From positions 5,120,001 to 5,184,000 of the forward strand of contig CBDFLE010000006.1 of assembly GCA_965248925.1 (NCBI GenBank): a stretch of 64,000 nucleotides of DNA. Reading direction: 5' to 3'. This document shows, one piece after another, positions 41,401 through 50,400 of the stretch. Position numbers and translations under genes: made by a program. The first letter of the stretch is position 1. The number at the start of each line of letters is the position of its first letter. A model generated the notes under the pieces. The model was not told the DNA's origin, did not search any database, and saw only the letters and a program-made list of their open reading frames with translations. Origin of the DNA: Candidatus Multivoradales bacterium. Its GTDB lineage: Bacteria > Acidobacteriota > Thermoanaerobaculia > Multivoradales > J023.

Positions 41401-44400
41401 GATCTGGCGCCGCCGGGTGGGTTCTCGGGTTCGCCTGGTCAATACCTACGGTCCAACCGAGAGCACCATCGTCGCCACCCATTGGCAGCTCGGGCGCCGA
41501 GCCTGGTTGGCCAGCGACGGAGAGATGCCGATGGGCCGGCCGGTCGCCGGCTGCGCCACCTACCTTGCTGGCCGGCGTTTGCAGCTGGTGCCGCCGGGGG
41601 TCGACGGTGAGCTGTTGATCGGTGGCAGGGGGGTGGCGCGCTGTTATCTTGGCCAACCGGCGCTGACCGCCGAGCGCTTTGTTCCGAACCCATTCTCGGA
41701 CCGTCCTGGCGACCGTCTCTATCGTAGTGGCGACCTGGCCCGGTGGCGCTCTGACGGTGCTCTGCGCTTTATAGGTCGGCTCGATCAGCAGATTAAGATC
41801 CGTGGTTTCCGCGTGGAGCTGGGGGAGATCGAGAACGTTCTGGCGGCGCATCCGCAAGTCCGTGAAGCGGCGCTGAGGATGTTTGAAGACCCGCGCGGTG
41901 CCCGTTTGGTGGCCTATGTCGTCGGCACTGCCAAGGCAACGGACTTGCGCCAGTTTCTTGCCGCGCGGCTGCCGGACTACATGGTGCCGGCACAATTCGT
42001 CGACCTAGAACGCCTACCGCTCAACACGATGGGAAAGCTCGATCGGCAGGCGTTGCCGCAGCCGCGGCCGGTCGATGGGGTGGGCAGCGGCTACAGCGCC
42101 CCTCGTGGAGCGATCGAGCAAGGGTTGGCGGAGATCTGGCAGGACGTGCTGGGGGTCGAGCAAGTGGGGCGCAGCGATGACTTTTTCGCCCTCGGCGGCC
42201 ACTCTTTGCTGGCTACCAGGGTGATCGCTCGTCTCCGGCGGCTGCTCGGGGTCGAGCCTCCTTTGCGGCTGCTCTTCGAAGCTCCCGTGCTGGCTCAGCA
42301 GGCGGCGTCGCTGGGTGAGTTCGGGGGTAGGGCGCAGGCGCCGCCGATCGAGCCGCAGTCGCGTGATCAGCCGTTGGTGGTCTCTTTCGCACAGCAGCGG
42401 CTGTGGTTGATCGATCAGCTGGATCCGGGTAGCGCCGCCTACAACATGCCGATTGCCATGCGCGTCGAGGGGGAGTTAGATATCGCCGCCCTGGGCTGGG
42501 CGTTGAGCGAGATGATGCGCCGTCACGAGGTGCTGCGCAGCCGCTTCGTTGGCGTCAAGGGAGTGGCTCGGCAGCGGGTCGATCCGCCACCACCACCCTT
42601 CCTACCGCTGATCGATCTCAGCGGCCTGACTGGCGCGGATCGGCGCTGCTCGACTTTGGGCCGGGTCGCCGAGGAAGCGGCGACACCCTTTGATCTGGCG
42701 CGTGGTCCACTGCTGCGGGCCCTGGTGCTGCGTCTGGCTGAGCAGCAGCATGCCATCTTGATCACCGTTCATCACATCGTCAGTGATGGTTGGTCGATGG
42801 AGCTGATGAGTCGCGAGATGATCGCTCTCTACGGCGCCGGTAGCAACGGCCGCCCCTCGCCGCTGGCCGAGCTGCCTATCCAATACGGTGATTTCGCGAT
42901 CTGGCAGCGGCGCTGGTTGGCCGGTGAGGTGATGGACGCCGAGCTGGCTTACTGGCGGCGCCAGCTGGCCGGCGCGCCGCCGGTGCTCGAGCTGCCTCTG
43001 GATCGACCGCGACCGGCGTTGCAGAGTTCGGCTGGCGCCCATTTCGGTTGCCGCCTCGACGCCGACACCGGCAGCGCTGTGCGGCGGCTGGCGAGGGAAC
43101 TCGGCGCGACCCCATTCATGGTCATGCTGGCAGCCTACGGTGGCCTGTTGGCGCGGCATTCCAACCAGCTCGACCTGTGCATCGGTACGCCGGTTGCCGG
43201 CCGCGGCCGCCTGGAACTCGAGCCGTTGATCGGTTTCTTTGTTAACACGCTGGTGCTGCGCGCGGACTGCTCCGGCGACCCCAGCGGCGCGCTGCTGGTA
43301 GAACGGACCAAAGAGGCGGTGCTGGCGGCCGATCAGCATCAGAACGTTCCCTTCGACAAGTTGGTAGAGGAATTAGCCGTCGAACGCAGCTTGTCGACGT
43401 CGCCTCTCTTCCAGGTGATGTTCGCGCTGCAGAATGCCGCCCTCGAAGCGCCGCGCCCGGCGCTACCCGGCAACGAGCCGAACCGCTGGGAAGCCCTCGA
43501 GCTGCCGGGGCAGAGCGCTCAATTCGACCTGACGCTGACGGTGTTCGACGGCGATGACATGGCGGTGGATATCGAATACCGCAGCTCCTTGTTTGACCCC
43601 ACCACCATCGAGCGGATGGCGGGTCACTATCGCAACTTGGTGCGCGCCTTGCTGGTGGCTCCGCAGCGGTCCTGGTCGCTGCTGACCATGCTGTCCGCCG
43701 CCGAGCGCTGCCAGCTGATGGTCGAGCTACAGGGTCCCGAGGGTGCGAGCGACGAGGGGAGCCTGGTCCATCAGCGCTTCCAGGCGCAAGCCCGGCGCTG
43801 CCCCGAGGCGGTGGCGGTGGTCCACGCTGGTGGCGAGTTGACCTATGCCGAGCTGGCTCAGGCCAGTGCCGAGCTGGCGACCTGCTTGTGCCAGCAGGGA
43901 GTCGGCCCGGAGGTGGCGGTTGCGCTGGTTGTCGAGCGTGGTCCGGAGATGATCGTGGCGGTGCTCGGCATCGCCGAGGCGGGCGGTTTCTACGTGCCGA
44001 TAGATCCTTCCCTGCCAGCTGAGCGCCAAGCCTTCATGCTCGACGAAGTCAGGCCCAGTGTGCTGGTGACCCAGAGTCATCTGCGGCCCGACTTACCACC
44101 GCACGGGGCGACGATAGTGTTGCTTGACCCGCCCACCGCCGAGCAAGAGCGCAGGGTTGCCGGCCGCGTGATCGGGCGACTCGACCCGGAGAATCCGGCC
44201 TACACGATCTACACTTCCGGCTCCACTGGCCGGCCCAAAGGGGTGGTCATTCGCCACGGTGCTCTGGCTGAGTACATCGAGACCACGGTGGAGAAATACG
44301 GCTTGCGGCCGGGGGATCGGGTGCTGCAATTCTCTTCCGTGAGCTTCGATGCCAGCGTCGAGGAGATTTACAGTCCGCTGGTCTGCGGCGCCACTTTGGT

Positions 44401-47400
44401 GCTACGTGACGAAGACATGTTGAGCTCGGTGGCCGCTTTTCTCGACCGTTGCGAACGCTGGCGGCTGACGGTGTTGATCCTCACCACCGCCTACTGGCAC
44501 GAGCTGGCGGTGGCCCTCGACCGCGAAGACCTCGAGTTACCTCCCTTGGTTCGCCTGCTGGCGATCGGTGGCGAGGCGGCGCTGGCCGAAGCCTGGAGTT
44601 CCTGGTCTCGACGGGTCGATCCACGGGTCCGGTTGATCAATCTCTGGGGTACAACCGAGACCACGATCTCGACCACCCAATGGCAGGTCAGAGGCTTGCC
44701 GTCTCACGGCACCAGCGAAATGCCGATTGGCCGTCCTCTGCGAAATTATCGAACCTACCTCTGTGGTCGGTATCTCGAGCCGGTGCCTCTCGGAGTTAGC
44801 GGAGAGGCATTGATCGGCGGCAGCGGGTTGGCACGCGGTTTCTTCGGTCGTCCGCGGCTAACCGCCCAACGGTTCATTCCGGATCCTTTTGCCTGCTTGT
44901 CCGGCAGCCGTCTCTACCGCACTGGCGACCTGGCCCGATGGACCCCGGACGGGGTTCTGGAATTCGCCGGCCGGATCGATTTGCAGGTCAAGGTGCGGGG
45001 CTTCCGCGTCGAGTTGGGGGAGATCGAAAGCGTCTTGATGTCCCATCCGGCGGTGCGTGAAGCGGCGGTGACCCTGCGTGATGAGGTGGCTGGCGATCAG
45101 CGATTGGTCGCCTACCTGACCGGCGCCGCGGCCACCGCCGAGGAGCTTCGGGCTCACCTCGCCGATCGGCTGCCGGCTTATATGGTGCCGGTGGCTTTTG
45201 TCGCCTTGGAGCAATTGCCGCAGACCGCCCTCGGCAAGGTTGATCGTCGGGCGCTGCCGGCACCGGCTCGGAAAGATCTCACCGCCGGCCTTTTTGTGCC
45301 GCCGTGTGGTGCCATGGAGACCGCCATCGCCTCGATCTGGCAGGAAGTGCTGGCGGTTGAGCGGGTCGGCCGCGACGATAATTTCTTCGCCCTCGGTGGC
45401 CACTCCTTGTTGGCCGCCCGAGTGATCTCGCGGTTGCGCCAAGCCCTCGGCGTCGAGCCGCCGTTGCGCGCTATCTTCGAGTCCCCAACGCTGGCCGACT
45501 TGGCGGTGAGTCTTGAGCAGCTCTCGGCCGATGCTGGCGAGCGGATCGGCCGCCAGCAGCCCGGAGCGTCTCAACCCCTGTCCTACGCACAGCGACGTTT
45601 GTGGCTGATCGATCAGCTAGAGCCGGGCAGCGCGGCCTACAACATTCCTACTGCGCTGCGGATCGAAGGTCAGTTCGAGATCACGGTGCTCAGCCGCGGT
45701 TTGACCGAGGTGGTGCGGCGCCACCAGGTTCTGCGCACTCGCTTCGAGTCGTTGGGCGGCATCCCGCAGCAGGTGATCGAGGCGGCGATGGCGGTTGCTC
45801 TACCGCTGGTCGAGCTAAGTGCCTTGCGGCCTGCCGAGCGGGCCGCGGAGGAAGCCCGCTGGCTGGCCGCCGAAGCCGACCAGCCATTCGATCTGGGCCG
45901 TGCGCCGCTGCTCCGAGGGCTGGTGCTGCGGCTGGCGCCGGAGTGTCATGCCGTAGCGCTTTCGGTACACCACATCGCCAGTGACGGTTGGTCAATGGAG
46001 TTGCTGACTCAGGAAGTGAGCGAACTCTACCGTGCTTTCGCGGCTGGCCGACCGTCACCGCTCGAGGAGTTGCAGATCCAGTACGCCGATTTTGCCGCCT
46101 GGCAGCGGCAGCAGCAGAGCGCCGAGGATCTGGAGGCCGAGCTGAGCTACTGGCAGGAGCGGCTGGCGGCCGCGCCACCGCCGCTCGAGCTGCCCTTTGA
46201 TCGGCCGCGGCCGGCGATCCAAAGCGGCCGGGGCGCACATAGCGATCGGGCTCTCGCCGCACCCATCAGCAGAGCGGTACGACGCCTGGCGGAGGCCGGC
46301 GAGGCGACCCTGTTCATCGCCCTACTGAGTGGTTTTCAGGCCTTTCTGGGGCGGCTCACCGGTCAGCTCGATTTCACTGTCGGCACCCCGGTCGCCGGCC
46401 GCGATCGCTTGGAAACCGAGCCCTTGATCGGTTTTTTCGTCAACACCCTAGTGTTGCGAGCAGATCTCACCCAGCAGCCGAATTGGGAAGAGCTGCTGCG
46501 GCGCACCCGGCAGAGGACGCTCGAAGCCCTCGATCATCAGACCCTGCCGTTCGAAAAATTGGTCGAAGTCCTGGACCCGCAGCGCAGCTTGGCGTACGCG
46601 CCCTTGTTCCAAGTCATGTTCCAGCTCAACTCGACGGCTGTCGCCAAGCCCGAGGTGTTGGATGAAGTTGCGGCTGAGGCCGCGGACGGACCCCGCTGGA
46701 GCTTGCTGGGCGCTGCCTCGAGCAGCACCAAGTTCGACTTGACCCTGGCGGTTAGCGAGCTTGATGAAGGGCTTCATTTGACGCTCGAATACAGCACTGA
46801 TCTGTTCGAGAAGACGACTATCGACCGTCTGCTGCGGGGCTACGAGATCCTGCTCGAAGGGCTTGCCATGGAGCCTGAACTGCCTTTCTGGCAGCTTCCC
46901 TTACTGAGTCCGAGTGAGCGCCGTCAACTGCTCGAAGAGTGGAGCGGAGCGGCTGCCGCCGTGCCCGAAGTCGAGCCCCTGTCGGTACTCTTCGCGGCGC
47001 GGGTGCAGCAGTTTCCACAGCGGCTGGCGGTGATCGACGAATACGGCTCGCTGAGCTACCGCCAGCTCGATCAGCGGGCGGAGCAATTGGCCGCCTATCT
47101 GCGCCAGCTGGGTGCCGGTGCCGAGGTCCGAGTCGGCTTGCTCAGCGAACGCTCTCTCGACATGGTGGTTGCGCTGCTTGCCATCGCCAAGACCGGCAGT
47201 GCCTACGTGCCGCTCGACCCAGCCCATCCACCGGCCCGGCTGGTCTTCGTGCTGGCGGATGCCGCGGCGACGATTGTGGTCGGCGAGGATGGCTTGCTGG
47301 AGGGGCTGGAGCTACCACCCTCGGTGCGTCACCTGGTCGGCTTCGACAGTGCCAAGTCGGCGCTCGCCGGACGGTCGACGGTGGCCGTACCCGCGCCGTA

Positions 47401-50400
47401 CGAACTCGAATCCACCGCCTATGTGATCTACACCTCGGGTTCGACCGGCCAACCCAAGGGAACGATGATCTCGCAGCGCTCGCTGTCCAACTACTTGCTG
47501 TGGGCGGTTGCGGCTTACGGTGCTGAACAGGGTGGGGGGTCCTTGGTAGCGTCGTCGCTGGCATTCGACCTCACCATCACCTCCTTGCTGGTGCCGCTGA
47601 TCAGTGGCACCGGCGTGCGCTTGATCAGCGCTGCCGCCGGCGCCTTGGGATTGGGCGAGAAGTTGCTCGAAGCAGCCGACCTCAGCCTGCTGAAGCTGAC
47701 CCCGAGCCAAGCCCAGCTGATCGCCCGCCAACGATCCGGCGCTGAACTCGAGGGTCGCGCTCGCTGCTTAGTACTGGGCGGCGAAGCGCTGAGCGCAGAG
47801 CATTTCGCCACCTGGCCGTCGGCCACTCGGGTGGTCAACGAGTACGGACCTACCGAAGCCACGGTCGGCTGTATTCTGTTCGAAACCCGACCCACCGTCG
47901 CTGAGGGCGCGGTACCGATCGGCCGTCCGGTGGCAGGTGCCCGCGCCCATCTACTCGATCGCCATGCTTCCCTGGTAGCACCAGGAGTGGCCGGTGAACT
48001 GTACCTCGGCGGTCCCGGTTTGGCTCGCGGCTATGTCGGCCGTCCTGCTCTGACCGCCGAGCGTTTTGTGCCCGATCCCTTCACTGAGCGGCCGGGTGAA
48101 CGGCTCTATCGCAGTGGCGATCTGGCGCGCTATCTGGCGGCTGGTGAGCTGGATTTCCTCGGTCGTTGCGATCAGCAGATCAAGCTGCGCGGCTACCGCA
48201 TTGAGCCGGGGGAGATCGAAGCCTTGCTGGCTGCTCGGCCGGGGGTCGAAGAGGCTTTTGTAATGCTCGAGCAGAACGGTGAACGGCTGCTGGCCTATGT
48301 CGCCGCCGGTGGCGAGCCGCCCAAAGCCGAGGAGCTGCGGCAGCAGTTGGCCAGCCGCTTGCCCGAATACATGGTGCCGTCGGTGATCGTCGTCTTGCCG
48401 GCGTTGCCGTTGACTGTCAACGGTAAGATCGATCGCCGGGCACTGCCGCCGCCGGTTGCCGCTCCGGACGCCGACGCGGCGCTACCGGCGGGCCAACTCG
48501 AGCAGCTGCTGGCGAAAATCTTCGCGGCAGTGTTGGGCCTTGACGAGGTCGGCCGCGAGGAGAGTTTCTTTGCCCTGGGTGGACACTCTCTGCTGGCCAC
48601 GCAGGTGGTGTCGAGAATCCGCGCCGCGATGGCTGTCGAGCTACCACTGCGGGAACTTTTCGAGCAGCCGACGGTGGCTGGCTTGGCGGCGCGAGTCGAA
48701 CTCGCCATGGCCGATAACCTGGGACTGACGGCGCCACCGCTAGTGCCGGCGGCGCGCGATCAACCGCTGCCGCTGTCCTTCACTCAAAGGCGCCTGTGGT
48801 TCATCGATCAGCTCGATACTGGTAGTGCGGCCTACAACTTGCCGCACGTACTCCGTTTGCGCGGCGAACTCGATGTCAGCGCGCTGGCCTGGGCCTTCAG
48901 TACCCTGGTCAGGCGTCACGAGATCCTGCGGACCAGCTTTGGCACCGAGGACGAGCAGCCGGTGCAACGGGTGTCGCCGGCTGCCGAGTGGCGTTTGCCG
49001 AGGGTCGATCTAGGTTCTCTCGAGGTCGCCGATGGCGAGCACCAGGCGCGGAGGTTGGCGCGCCAGGAAGGGCAGCGGCCTTTCGATTTGAGCCGTGGGC
49101 CTCTGCTGCGCACGGTGCTGCTGGATCTGGCGGAAGAGCAGCACCTGTTGCTGGTCACCATGCATCACATCGCCAGCGATGCCTGGTCGATGCAGATACT
49201 TAGCGGCGAGGTCGGGCAGCTGTATCAGGCGGCGGCCGCCAGGCAACCCGATTCACTACCGCCGCTGCCAATTCAATACGCCGACTACGCAGTATGGCAA
49301 CGTCAATGGCTGGCCGGCGAAGTCCTGGAGCAAATGCTCGAGACCTGGACCGGCAAGCTGCGCGGTGCACCGCGGCGCCTGGATCTGCCCTTTGATCGGC
49401 CACGGCCGGAGGTGCCTTCGCTGCGCGGCGGCAGCCAGCCCTTCGTTCTACCAGCGGCGTTGGCCGGCGAGCTGCGGGGTCTCGGCGCGGCGGCAGACTG
49501 TACATTGTTCATGACCCTGCTGGCCTGCCTCTACGCGCTGCTCTACCGGCTGACAGGTCAGCCAGATTTGGTGGTCGGCACCGACCTGGCAAACCGCAAC
49601 CGGGCCGAGACCGAAGGCTTGATTGGGTTTTTCGTCAATATCCTGCCGCTGCGCCTCGACCTTTCGGGGGGGCTTAGTTTTCGCCAGCTGTTGACCCGCG
49701 TGCGGCTGGAAACACTGTCGGCGCTGACTCATCAAGACTTGCCTTTCGACCAGCTGGTGATGGCGCTCAGCCCGGAGCGCAGTCTGGCTCCTTCGCCGCT
49801 ATTCGACGTTCTATTCGTCAATCAGACCGAGGGCCGGACGCCGGTCGCTGAGAGTTCCGAAGGCGCCGGCGAGGCCGCTGAACCACCGTCGCTGACCTTT
49901 GAGCCGATGGTGCCAGAGTTTGCGGTGTCGCGCTTTGAGCTGGCGCTCTTCGTCGGCGAGGATGGCGGCACTATCGCTGGTGCTTGGGACTTCCAGCTGG
50001 ATCTGTTCGACCCGTCGACCATCGCTACCTTGAGCTCTCGATTCGAAACCTTGATTGCCTCGATCGTCGCCTTACCGGACGCGCCGATCGATGCTCTCGA
50101 ATATCACACCGCAGCAGAACGATTGGAGCAGGACATGCAACGACAGCAACGCCAAGCAAAGAGTTTCAGCAAGTTCAAGAAGATCAAACCCAAGGCGGTG
50201 AGCCTGACCAGCGATGCCGAGCTGGTGGCCACCAGTTACCTGAGCGAGGACAGCCGGCTGCCGGTGGTCTTCCAGCCCACCCAACCTGATGTTGACTTGG
50301 TGGAGTGGGCGGCTGCCCACCGGCAGCAAATCGAAGACCGGGTAAGGCGCCATGGCGCGGCTCTGTTCCGTGGCTTCGGTGGCCCCTCGGTGGAGCGCTT

